DNA from: Octopus sinensis
Lineage: Eukaryota
DNA: 64,000 nucleotides
Reading direction: 5' to 3'
Assembly: GCF_006345805.1 (NCBI RefSeq)
Contig: NC_042999.1
Coordinates: 9,672,001-9,736,000 of the forward strand
The translations under genes were made by a program, and so were the position numbers. This document shows, one piece after another, positions 13,429-26,098 of the stretch (the first letter of the stretch is position 1; each line of letters starts with the position of its first letter). Under the pieces are notes generated by a model. It made no database searches. It was given only the letters and a program-made list of their open reading frames with translations, and had not been told where the DNA came from.

Positions 13429-14648
13429 TCCTCCCTTTAAATTTTTTATACAATCTTAATGAAATAATCATTACTAATTGGATTTACTGGATTTCAACAG
13501 TATCGGACTCTACATCACATCCCTCTCTTTTGTTTTGCTTAGCTATGCGGTCTGTGACTTGATCCATTAAGTAGCTTTTTTATGAGTAATACCGGATTAG
13601 CTAAATCCATATATTTCCCTTTAAATATCTCCCTCTTTCTTTCTCTCTCTTTCTCTCTCTCTCCCTCTCGCTCCCTCTATCTATCTATCTCGCTCTCTTT
13701 CTCTATCTGTCTATTTCTCTATATATATGTATATATATTATGTGAAGGCGCATGGCTCAGTGGTTAGAACATTGAGCTTACGATCGTTAGGTTGGGAGTT
13801 CGAATCCCGGACTGGGCTGCGTGTTGTGTTCTTGAGCAAGACACTTTATTTCACGTTGCTCCAGTTCATTCAGGTGTAGACATGAGTTGCGACGTCACAG
13901 GTGCCAAGCTGTATCGGCCCCTTTTGCTTTTCCCTTGGATAACACTGGTGGCGTGGAGAGGGGAGGCCGGTGTTCATGGGCGACTGCTGGTCTTCCATGA
14001 ACAACCTTGCCCGGACCTATGCCTGGGAGGGTAACTTTCTAGGTGCAATCTCATGGTCAGTCATGACCGAAGGGGGGTCTCAGCTCAGCTCAGCATGTGT
14101 ATGCGTGTGTGTGTGTGTGTGTGTGTGTGTATTTAGATATATATATATTGCATTGAAACTGAAACTGAAACTTATGGTTTGTCTCGTGGCTCGAATTTCA
14201 TGCATCTGCGATCTCCAGACGAGAATGCAAAGATAGCAACACGTGAAACTCGAATCTTGAGACACACTCTCAGTTTCAGTTTCAGTATAAAAAAACTTAT
14301 CCTTTACAACATGTATTGAGCACTCCTTTCCCATTCATTTGACATAGAGCAACAAATGCACACACACATACATACACGCAAACATATATATACATAAATA
14401 CATGTACATATACATCTATATATACATAACTGAGAATGTCTGTCAGTCTGTATGTATGCATGCATGCATGCATGCATGTATGTATGTATGTATGTATGTA
14501 TGTATGTATGTATGTATGTATGTATGTATGTATGTATGTGGGCAGCACTAAAACTCGAGAACTACCCAACTGATTTCATTCAAATTTTACACATGCTTTA
14601 CTTAGGGACCATGCAGTGACACGGGCCAAAAATCCTTCAACTTCATAA

Positions 14649-15441
14649 TCACCCTCAAGCAATTCAATCATCATTGAATGACATTATCCACAATATGTAC
14701 ATATAGGACTAAATATTAAAATTATCAAAATTAATACCCACAATTCTTATTCCAAATTATCAAAATTAATACCTTCAATTCTTATTACAAACCATATACT
14801 TTACATCATCTAGACTACGCGCGTTTCATGACAATATATTCCTCGGTATTGCTGAAATAGATTCATTATTAATATAATTGATAGAAAATACCTTTTAAGA
14901 ACTTTTAATTGTTAATAATAATTATCTCCCCTACAAAGTAGCTCTCAGTGTTGGATTATACAATTGCTGGTAGCCATGTTTAAATCATGGAGAGAAAATT
15001 ACCATACAGATAAGTTAACATTTCTTTTTACTAACATTTAGTTTTCCTTCTTTTATTCCACATTTCTGTTCATTATTTACTAAAGTAAAATTATTCCAAC
15101 AACTTCTAGTTATATAATTTTAGATTGTCATGTCTTAATATGCGATGTAAATGGCAAAATAAGTTCATATAAGATAGACCTGAAGATTGGCAATATAATC
15201 GTTTTAGTATGGTATTGTATAGAGATATTCTATTTCAGCAATATCGAGGAATATGTTGTCATGAAACGCGCGTAGTCTAGATAATGTAAAGTATATGACT
15301 TGTAATAAGAATTGAAGGTATTAATTTTGATAATTCGGAATAAGAATTGTAGGTATTAATTTTGATAATTTTAATATTTAGCCCTATATGTACATATTGT
15401 GGATAATGTCATTCAATGATGTTTGAGTTGCTTGAGGGTGA
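14649..15441. mobile_element. Penelope-like pLTR relic with ~210-bp inverted arms
   Basis: 14649-14861 is an inverted copy of 15229-15441, and the right arm overlaps a hammerhead motif. Confidence 0.65.
15175..15279 (+). ncRNA. Type I hammerhead ribozyme (Penelope type)
   Basis: Stem I TAGAC/GTCTA, core CTGAAGA, stem II TGGCAATATA/TATGTTGTCA, GAA, palindromic stem III ACGCGCGT, GUA cleavage triplet. Confidence 0.7.
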
Positions 15442-15757
15442 GTCTGTCTCTTAAACCTATCTATTTATATGCAGTGAGTAATTCATTTTAGTACCACTAA
15501 ATTGAACTTCTCTCTCCTGTGGACTGGGAAATAACTTCCCTAATGTTAATATTAAATATATATATATATTATATATATATATATCTTTGTATATATTGTA
15601 TGTATATATACCTATGTATATATGTGTGTATATATATATATATATGTGCATCTATATATATCTATATCTATAATATATATATATTATATATATATATATA
15701 TTATATATATATATATATATATATGTAGTTATCTATGAATATGTATGTATACATACG

Positions 15758-15790
<33 letters not shown>

Positions 15791-16253
15791 TGTGTGTGTG
15801 TGTGTGTGTGTGTGTGTATAAAAGAAGTGAGGACTGAAATCCTTATACTTCATTTACTGTATATATATGTTTATGTATATATATATTTATGTATGTATAT
15901 TTATGTGTGTATATACATATATATATATATATGTATATATATGTATATATAATTATGTATATATGTGTAAATGTATATGTATGTATATATATGTATATAT
16001 ATATGCATGTATATCTATGTATATATATATGCATGTATGTATGTATATGTAAATATTATATGCATATATGCGTATATATATGTATATGTATGTGTATATA
16101 TATGTGTGTGTATATATATATATTTTAATTGGATTTTTATATTTTATATTTTATATTTTTATATATTTTTTAATTAATTTTATTTCTATGTATTGGCTTA
16201 TGATTTTCGCTGTTTGATTTGCCTAATAGTGGTTTTATCTCTAATTTAATATA

Positions 16254-16291
<38 letters not shown>

Positions 16292-16377
16292 ATTATATGT
16301 ATATATATATGTGTGTATATATATATATGTATATGCACATATATATGTGTGTAAAAAGAAGACTGTCGTATATATAT

Positions 16378-16428
<51 letters not shown>

Positions 16429-16883
16429 TACCCCCACCATTGCTTGAAAACCGATGTTTGTGTGTTATCACCCCCATAACTTAGAATAAGTACTAGGCTT
16501 ACAAACAGTAAATCCTGTGATCGATTTTTCAACCAAAGGCGGCGCTCCCGCATGGCCGCAGTCACATGACTGAAACTAGTAAAACACTAATAAAAACTAT
16601 GCCATTTTAATTCCGAGAAAACCCAGGTATCTCTGATAGTATTTTATATATATATATATATGCGCGTGTGTCTGTGTGTGTGTACATATATATATATATA
16701 TACATCTACACTAGGTGGTTCATCAACTTTTGGACATTAAAATGTTAACTTATCTTTTATTAAACTGATAATTATAACATACATACATATAGCATATCAT
16801 TCTATGCATATAAGATATAAAATATAGTACTGTATAATGATACCAGTAATTATTATAAAAAAACACGAATGTGAATTGGTAAA

Positions 16884-17011
16884 ATAACTTACAGCTGTTT
16901 CAGCCAATAGATAAAATACCTCATTCTACCTTTATTACTCAAGTGGATTGAGGTAATAGGTAGATGAACATGAGGTACTTGTATATATCTCTAGGCTTCG
17001 TCAGAGATTAT
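16884..17011 (-). ncRNA. Type I hammerhead ribozyme (Penelope type)
   Basis: Minus strand reads ATAATCT-CTGACGA-AGCC...GGCT-GAA-ACAGCTGT-A-AGTTAT. Confidence 0.7.
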
Positions 17012-17094
17012 AAACTACAAATGTTAAGTTCTAATAATAAATATAAATGAAACAAAATACACACAAATTTGAATATATATATATAGACAGATGG

Positions 17095-17101
17095 ATAGAT
17101 A

Positions 17102-17194
<93 letters not shown>

Positions 17195-17211
17195 CAGAGA
17201 GATAGACAGAG

Positions 17212-17292
<81 letters not shown>
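17095..17292. repeat. (GATA)n microsatellite
   Basis: Directly visible. Confidence 0.95.
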
Positions 17293-17685
17293 TAAATATG
17301 CATACATATATAGTTATACATAACTATTTATAAATACTGAAATATACACACACATCTACATCCATAAGCATATATAATATTCAGTTATTACTAATATTAT
17401 TATTAGTAATATTAGATGTATTCTGCTATTCAAAATAAATAATATAGAAAATATAGAAAATAATATAATATATAAACAGATGTATATGAAAGTTATAAGG
17501 ATACTAATTTTACAATCAATATATCAATATATCATACAGTTATATCAATATTATACATATATATATATATACTATTATAATAATACTGTAATTGTTCCAT
17601 TGTTGTTGTTTTTTTGTTTCCCGTTTGGATTAAATTATATATACATATATATATACATATACATATATATATATGTATGCATGTG

Positions 17686-17756
<71 letters not shown>

Positions 17757-18411
17757 ATATATATTATATATATATACTTGTATGCATGTATGTATGTACG
17801 TATAATTTTCAGATGTTTTAACCGCTTAGTTTTACGACGCAAATTTCCTCGGGGGTCACAAGTTTGTCTCATTTTTCCCGGCGCGGTCAACGACAATCAT
17901 AAACACCAGGAAGCCATTAAATAGAAACCATTCCTCGTTCTGTATTGATGTGGACTCCATCTTAAGAGTTCATTCTGCTTCTAACGATGAGTGAAGTATA
18001 AACTTTAATATTGATTGCGCCGAGCAATTGAAATCATTGTTGTCGAAGATTGTGTAAGAGAATTTAAAAGGTAATTTGTTGATTAAGTAAGTTTGTAATT
18101 ATATGCAATTTCAACTGGAAGCTCTCGTTACTAACGATTCGACTGGCTGAGTCAATATTAATGGACTTTTATGAGAATTCCTACAAATGACGCAACGTGT
18201 TTCACTCGAGGTCATGAAACCACTTCAGCTATTATTATCTGCCAAACTTAGTATTCCGATGTGCGTGCGTGTGAGTGTGTGTGTGTGTGTGTGTGAGTGG
18301 AGGTGTGAGTGTTTCTGGTTGCTTTTCTATATGAATACGTGTGTGCATTTGTTTGTGTTAATGCGGGTGACTACTTCATTTCAAAGCTTGTATGAATCAT
18401 CATCATCATCA

Positions 18412-18414
<3 letters not shown>

Positions 18415-18464
<50 letters not shown>

Positions 18465-18669
18465 TAGTTTTATTTTTTATAGCGTGCTTTCACTTCACTA
18501 CCGAGCGCAGCTCTGTGTGCCTTGGGTATGTGCTGTGATTTGTTGTGATGCTCTGATGGTTATTGTATGGAAAGTGTTCTGCGTAGGATGTGTGCAGTGC
18601 CTAGTAGTGCAATTTTCTGTATGTTATATGTGTTTGTAAGTCCTGGTGTTTTTGTTATGTATTTGTCTG

Positions 18670-18711
<42 letters not shown>

Positions 18712-18730
18712 GTTGTTGTTATTATTATTA
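18415..18730 (-). mobile_element. R4/Dong-clade non-LTR retrotransposon 3' end inside (TAA)n
   Basis: Minus-strand translation NIQKIALLGTAHILRRTLSIQ* matches the R4-type RLE C-terminus, with TAA repeats on both sides. Confidence 0.7.
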
Positions 18731-19089
18731 TTGAGTGAGAGAGCAGTGCATGCCATCAAAGTGACACTAAGGTAAAATATACGAAGCCCAGTATATCCAT
18801 CAGGACTACCCGTCTGATAAGGGTACACTAGGCACATGCATCACAACAATATGTGCGCCACATGGTGAGCTTATATCAAGATAAACAGCACATGACCTTG
18901 CATGTGGGGCCCAGTTAGAATTTTCTTCTGGTTGAGTAGCCCATCCCGCTCAAAAGGTCCCTGAATAAGGGTTATTTAAGGATGTTGAAAGAACCACCCA
19001 TGTTTCCAGGGGTGAATTATTTAAACCCCATAGAATCCCTCTCAACACATGGCTATGATGCTCCCCCACTACTTCTGCTCGTTTAGGCC

Positions 19090-21096
19090 TTTTATGGGAG
19101 AAAGGTGGATGTTGAATGCTGATGCTGAACTTGGACATTAGATTACTTCTTCCTTGAGCGCAGTGGGAACCCGATTCGTCTCATATGTCGAGAATGCATT
19201 GCTGTGAATAAGATAGCAAATGATAGGCGGAATTACGAGACGCACCACTGGGAAAATTTGAGGACATTTACTGGACAAGCAAGGGAAAATGAAACCGAAC
19301 GGTTGGAGTCTAGTTTGGGAAAATAAACGTCATTTTTTTTTAAACGGAGAAGGCGAAAATGTGGCAAATACAATTATCAGCTATGAAGTCTCAAAACGCA
19401 TCGCTGAAAAGATGAGACCTTTTACAGATGGTGATTTTTTTTAAAGACTGCTTATTGGCAGTATTGGATATTGTTTGTCCAGAAAAAAGTTTTTTATTTG
19501 AAACTATCAGCCTGTCCCCGACAACGGTCACACGGAGGGTTGAAAAAATGTCAGCAGATGGTAAAAATCAATTAATCAACACCTGCAGTGAATTTTCAAT
19601 GTTTTTCGATTGCAGTGGATAAGAGTACAGACAAGTGGCACTGCACAGCTTGTTGTCTTCGTGCGAGGACTGACTCCAACTTTTCAGATCTTTGAAGAAT
19701 TTACTTAGCTAATTCCGATGAAGGAAACCGTAACCAGAGTCGACATTTTTGAAGCTTTGTTGAAAATGATATCAGAAATGAAGTTTGAGTTTTTCGAAGC
19801 TAATTGGCATCCCAAATGATGGTGCCCCAGCAATGGTAGGACAAAAGAAGGTTTGTTGCACTACTGCAAGATCATATAGCAACCCTTGGAACTAGTTAAA
19901 ATTCATTACATTATCCCTCAAGAATCGTTGTGTGCCAAGTCTTTGAAATTTAAGAATGTTATGGATATTATTGTGAAGGCCGTGAATCATCGTCAATTTA
20001 AACAGTTTTTGTCAGATATTGAGGCAGAATATAGAAACCTTTCTTATTTCTGCGATGTACGCTGGCTTAGCCGAGGATCAGTGCTAAAAAGAGTACTTGC
20101 CTTACACAAAGAGGTGGTGATATTTCTCGAAACCAAACGTGTGGATAGTTCATATTTTCGAGATCCTGATTGGCTTGCTACTTTGGCATTTATTGTGGAT
20201 ATTGGGACTTATTTAAATAGCTTAGATTTACAACTTGATGGTAAAACTCAGCTCGTAAATGAATATACAACCATATTGTTGCCTTTGAAGTTGTGGGAAC
20301 ATCAACTTCGAAATAAAAATTATGCCCATCTTCCATCATTTCAAGGAAGGAAACCACAGGATTCCGAGGTATTTGTGAATATAATCCAGGATTTGAGAAA
20401 TGAATTTGCATCACGTTTTGCTGCCTGTCGTCCTCATGCAAATCAGTTTAAATGGTTTGCGACACCATTTGATGTGGAGGTGGAGACAGTACCAGAATGT
20501 TTTCAAATGGAATTCATTTGATATGCAGTGTGACGACTTTTTTGAGATTTAAATTTCATTCTAAAGATGTTTCATTGATTCACTTCTATACAAAATATAT
20601 TTTTCCAAGCGGGAAGTATACCAACTTAGTGAATCATGCAAAACATATGGCTTCTTTATTTGGAAGCACTTATCAGTGTCAGCAATTCTTTTCCAAATTG
20701 AAGCAAAATAAGAATAATTTGAGAACAAGATTAACCGATTATCATCTTGACAATATCTTGCCCTTGGCATCAACAAGTTTGAAGCTTAATATTGAGGAAC
20801 TTTCAAAGAACAAAACACATTAGGTTTCCCATTAATTTTTTGGCTGCCATGTAATTTTAAGAATTTTTGAACAAATGATTCCACCGATGTCTTAAATTGA
20901 ATAAATGATGTTTTTTTTTCCATTATTACATTCATCTATGGTTAATACAAGTAATTTTTAAGTATAGTCAGCAGTCGTAATTAAATTTTATATAGTGTAA
21001 TGTTCCATGATTATTCTTTTATAGCCTTCGTCCGGCTCGCTATCTGTCAATAATACTCGATCCGGTCTGTGGAGACAAAGAAGTTACCGACCCCTG
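19090..21096 (+). mobile_element. Decayed hAT (Buster/Charlie, GTF2IRD2/EPM2AIP1-like) transposon
   Basis: Fragments RPFTDG, ISLSPTTVTRRV, IHYIIPQESLCAK, CDVRWLSRG, SLFGSTYQCQQFFS and RTRLTD, with many frameshifts. Right end GTTACCGACCCCTG. Confidence 0.88.
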
Positions 21097-21729
21097 CTTT
21101 ACAGAATAGACGATAGGGCAAAAAGAAAGGAACAGGAGATGGGAATGGTTTGTGAGGGGTTAGGATCCCATAGGAAGTCAGTAGGAAGTGATTTGGGAAT
21201 GGAGATGTGAGGCATGATGGGATAGAGTAGTAGAATTTGCTAGGTTGAAGTGGTAGAAGACAAATATTGTGACACTGAGGAAGGAGGAAGATAAAAGAGA
21301 AACAAGGATCTTAAAAATATAAGGAAAGGGTTCAAAAGTAAAAGAGAATAATGTTGCAGATATCCAAACCACAAATGGACGTAAGGTGAGTTACAACCAA
21401 GAAATAGTTATAGTACAAAGCATAAAATACACAAGGACATTAATGTAAACACATAGACGACAGAGGGCAAAAAGTCATGGATGGATACAGATACAAACTC
21501 ATGGGTGCATCAGAGGGACCACAAGTGACAGTCATGGAGTATAATCGCAGCTTATACGGCTGATGAGATGACAATAACAAGGGTTAACTTAGGAAACATT
21601 CGTTAAGAGGAAGGACTCTTACATAATAACACATCAAAACAAGGAGTAAGAATGAAGTGGATTAGCAAAGTAAAGTGTGATTAGAAAGGAGAATTGAGGA
21701 AGGAAGAAAACGTTTGATTAAACCGAAAT

Positions 21730-23110
21730 CTTGTCTCCATTTTATTCTTTCTCATTTCAGACACATCAAATGTCTTCTTCCTTGCTCTCAATTCTTCCAG
21801 CTTCGCAATCGATGCCAGACTTATTCGTACTTCAACTCCAAAGACATGCAAAATGTCTTCTTTAATCGACGGTTCACTCAAACCATCACGAATCCCGCAC
21901 ATCACCACGTGACACCATCGACCATTCCATATCACAGCTCTCCTACCCTCACCACTCGCACCTACTCTCCACACACACCCCTCTACATCGCCATCCCCCC
22001 GACCACCCACCCTCTCACCACGAACTCCACCTCTTTCTTCAACACCTTCTCTTATTCTCCATCCTTCTAATTACCAACTTCCCAACACCCTGCCTTCATA
22101 CATCCAGATACTTTCAACTCTATCTGCCGCCGTAGACTCCCATCATTATTAGTGCCACTGCAGCCACTGGTCCACAATCCCTGTGACAACCCATTCAGAA
22201 CTTTAGCTGCTCCTCAGCCAATAGGATTTTATGCCTGAGCTGCAAACTCTGTCTCAGATTGGTGAAACAGACCGTAACCTAAATCGCTTCTGCCAGCGAA
22301 ATTCACAGTGTTCATTCGCAAGCTTTCAATATTCCTGTCGTTCAAGGCGGCAAGCTGGCTGAAACACTAGCACGCCGGGCGAAATGCTTTGCGGTATTTC
22401 GTCTGCCGCTATGTTCTGAGTTCAAATTCCGCCGAGGTCGACTTTGTCTTTCATCCTTTCGAGGTCGATAAATTAAGTACCAGTTACGCATTGGGGTCGA
22501 TGTAATCGACTTAATCCGTTTGTCTGTCCTTGTTTGTCCCTTCTGTATTTAGCCCCTTGTGGGCAGTAAAGAAATAGGTATTTCGTCTGTCTTTACGTTC
22601 TGAGTTCAAATTCCGCCGAAGTCGACTTTGCCTTTCATCCTTTCGAGGTCGATAAATTAAGTACCAGTTACGCACTGGGGTCGATCTAATTGACTCTATT
22701 CCTTTGTCTGTCCTTGTTTGTCCCCTTTATGTTTAACCCTTTGTGGGCAATAAAGAAATAAGAAACTTTAGCACGCCGGGCGAAATGCTTAACGGTATTT
22801 CGTGTCTTTACGTTCTGAGTTCAAATTCCGCTGAAGTCGACTTTGCCTTTCATCCTTTTGGGGTCGATAAATTAAGTACCAGTTGCGTATTGGGGTCGAT
22901 CTAATCGACTGGCCCTCTCCCAAAATATTTCGGGCCTTGTACCTAGAGTAGGAAAGAATATTCCTGTCGCTCACCATTTCAATGGACTTGGTGCTGCCAT
23001 CTACAGTGTCTCGAACGCTGGAATGTCTGACTGCCATCGATCTCCACATTCCAAGAGATTCAGGGAACAACGCAACATGTACGTTCTTGGAACTTTTCCT
23101 TTGAGCTGCA
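21730..23110 (+). mobile_element. Decayed Penelope-like element fragment interrupted by SINE B
   Basis: PCSQFFQLRNRC and GIY-YIG-region remnants (CKLC...IGETDR...HHFNG). The SINE at 22345-22957 is flanked by duplicated AATATTCCTGTCG. Confidence 0.55.
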
Positions 23111-23851
23111 ACAAGCGTCTTTAAGCGTGCGTGCGTGCGTGAGTGAGTGTGTATGTGTACGCATGTGTGTGTTTGTATGAGTGTGTCCGTATGTGTGTAC
23201 ATGTGTGTGTCAGTATCCGTACAGGAGTGTCAGTGTTCCTGCTGATGTTCACAACAGTACGCCAACCGAGACAATTTCATTATTTTAGATGTACACACAT
23301 ATATATACATATATAGCACATACGCACACACACACACGTATATATATATTTAGACATACACATATATATATACATGCGCACACATAAACATATGTAGAGA
23401 CATATATCGATACATACATACATATATAACATTCATACATGCATATATACATCCATATAATCATACATACATACACACACATACCTACATACATACAAAC
23501 ACAAACACATACATACCCACATACATACATATTGACAATCGTTTAAATAATTAGTGACAGGAAAGTCAGATTCTGGAAACTATCTTCTAATTATATGAAT
23601 ATAGTGTAGTAGTGCTAGTGTGTCTGTATAAGCGTGTATACATATATATGTGAGTGTGTATATATATGTGTTTGGGGAGGAAGTGTGTTGTGTCTGTGCG
23701 TGTAGAATATATATATATATAAAGCAAAATAATTGAGATTCAGATGAATTAGGTAATTAAGCTGAGGCACCAAAAATTAGTGTGGAATTATCCGTACAGT
23801 TTCAAAATGAGGTGAATAAAATCAAGATAAGCAACTGGATATCCAGAGGTG

Positions 23852-23939
23852 ATGAAGTACAACCGTTTCAAGCGACTCCATTTAATTGAACAATGCAATC
23901 ATTACATCATTTAAAATGCAGAGCTATCCTCAGCTGCAT
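23852..23939 (-). ncRNA. Degenerate type I hammerhead ribozyme (Penelope type)
   Basis: Minus strand reads ATGCAG-CTGAGGA-TAGC...GCTT-GAA-ACGGTTGT-A-CTTCAT. Confidence 0.55.
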
Positions 23940-25163
23940 AAATATATATATATATATATATATATATGCATACATACACACGCACGCATGCACAGAGACA
24001 TACACACACATGCAGATACACACACGCATATACATACATACATGTACAATAAAACATAATTATGTATTAAATAACATTATGTAGTTTTATTTCATTCATT
24101 ACAAAATCACCGCGAAGAATTTTGGCAAAATATTTCAATCTTGCACACCATGCACTCTGATATTGCAGCAACTTCGCAGCTAATGAAGAATTCTAACGAG
24201 GCTCAAAAGCCGTAACAGAATACTGTTGATCATGTAATATCTCATTATCTTGACATTGCAGCGAAGAAATTCTTCACATTGAGATCAAATTTATTAACAC
24301 TAAATATTTAATTTGCTTTTCCAGATTTTTGTTCACTCTCTCACTCAAAAGTATCCAACGACTGCCTTTTCACCTGCAATACATATCAGTTTTAATAGTG
24401 ATCAGAGACAGGACCCGGCAAAGCAGGGGCTGGACCTACATCCACAGATATACCATTAAGTCTGGTTCCCTGGGGAAGAGGAACCCTGGTGCAGTTAATT
24501 GTAAATTCCATAGTCTTTTCAAATGGCTAATATTGTGTGCGCGCGCCGCTACTACATACAGGCATCCAGCAACAGGACCTCCGTAATGCTATGATGGACC
24601 GTGAAGTCTGGCGTAGCATAGTAAATTCCATTGTCTCGACCACGGTCGAACAATGATGATGTGATGTCTTTACGTTCTGAGTTCAAATTCCGCCAAGGTC
24701 GACTTTGCCTGCCTTGCCTTCAATGTTACCTTAATTTAGAAAGACTAGCGTTACCGTATGCTTTACTGTATAAACGGCCCTCAGGGCTCATCCAGCGGTA
24801 CCTTAACGTCTTTGGATACGTCTCATGGTACCTTAATTTACGAAGGTCTTTGGAAACGACGCAAGGGTGCCTTCCTTCACAAAATGTGATGTTACCTGGT
24901 TTTACAATTTAAAAAGTATTCAGGTACGATACTGCAATCTGTGAACACAGGTGATTCTGGAGCAGTCTTAGAATATTATTTGCTATGCAATGATATTTTC
25001 TTCACCAAAATAATAGAAAATAAATGAATGCTTAATCGTGGGATCCATATAGAACCGTGGGAATCCATACAATAACGTATTTATTCATCCTTGATACGTT
25101 CCGGCAGACTGGAACATGAATATCTGTTGTTGTTTTGCCATCAGAGAATATCTCTTCCTTTAA

Positions 25164-25386
25164 CCCTTCAAGTCCCAGAGTACTTAAATTTCTGAATATT
25201 ACTTTTAAATTTTTACAGATGATTGAAAATAGGTTAAAATTTTTTAAATAATTATTAAAACTCCTTTACTTCAAGTAGAGATGGAAATACTCGGTGTCGT
25301 ATAAATAGGACACTGAGACAATGTGATATAACTTATTTAAGGTTCTAATTTAGTGTCCTATTTATAGGACAGTGGGATTTAATGGG
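25164..25386. mobile_element. piggyBac-like MITE
   Basis: TTAA at 25160-25163 and 25387-25390, imperfect CCC.../...GGG TIRs, and an internal perfect IR TATAAATAGGACACT/AGTGTCCTATTTATA. Removing it restores colinearity of the repeat unit. Confidence 0.8.
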
Positions 25387-25441
25387 TTAAGATGCGTTAT
25401 AATGTGTCTTCATAGCACATGGGATTCACCGGTATAAAGGG

Positions 25442-25494
25442 ACTTTGAGACACCGTGGTGTTTTGACCTTATTTTGAGTCACTTCCGTCAAAGT
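25442..25494 (-). ncRNA. Hammerhead ribozyme copy 1 (core mutated, probably inactive)
   Basis: ACTTTGA-CGGAAGT-GAC(TCAAAATAAG)GTC-AAA-ACACCACGGTGT-C-TCAAAGT. Stems are intact, but the core has U4G, A9U and G12A changes. Confidence 0.75.
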
Positions 25495-25767
25495 TACTCC
25501 TAATTAAGGAATATAATGGTGAACACTGGCTCTCGTTTATAGAAACCAGCAAATTATTTGCTGACGCATGCTGATCTCTGCCATTCATGGGGGACACACA
25601 GAACAGTGAGAATCCAAACAATGGTGTCTATTCCTTCTTAACACATCCTGGCAAATTCAAACATGAATATCTGATAGATACCGCTTTTATGTCATCAAAG
25701 AATATTCCCTCCCCACCCTGCAGATGATGTGTATTCACGACACATGCAATTCACCAGTGAAAGGGGG

Positions 25768-25818
25768 CTTCGAGACACCATGCTGTTTCAACCTTATTGT
25801 ATGTCTCCTCAGTCAAAG
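25768..25818 (-). ncRNA. Hammerhead ribozyme copy 2 (core intact)
   Basis: CTTTGA-CTGAGGA-GAC(ATACAATAAG)GTT-GAA-ACAGCATGGTGT-C-TCGAAG, GUC cleavage triplet. Confidence 0.85.
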
Positions 25819-26098
25819 TTATCCTCCCAGGCAAATGGATCTAACACAAAAGCACAAGGTCCTTGTTCATAGAACTCAGCAAACAAATTATTTGTTGATC
25901 TCTGCCAAACATAAATAATCCATGGGGTACACACAGAACAGTGAAAAGCCAAACAGTGATGAGTCTATTCATTCTTAGAACATCCTGGAAAAAATCCAAA
26001 CCTGAATACCTGATTAATGTTGGTTTTTGTCCTCAGAGAACATCTCTTGCCTTTAAAAAATGTGTATCCATAACACACGCAATTCACCAGTGTAAAAG

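Noticed and set aside
19886-20823. Domesticated GTF2IRD2/EPM2AIP1-like host gene
   Set aside because: Multiple frameshifts and stops plus a retained terminal repeat indicate a dead transposon.
21555-21610. CTGATGA...GAAAC hammerhead-like spacing; similar at ~26862-26900(-) and ~18195-18232(-)
   Set aside because: Stems I and II cannot be formed convincingly.
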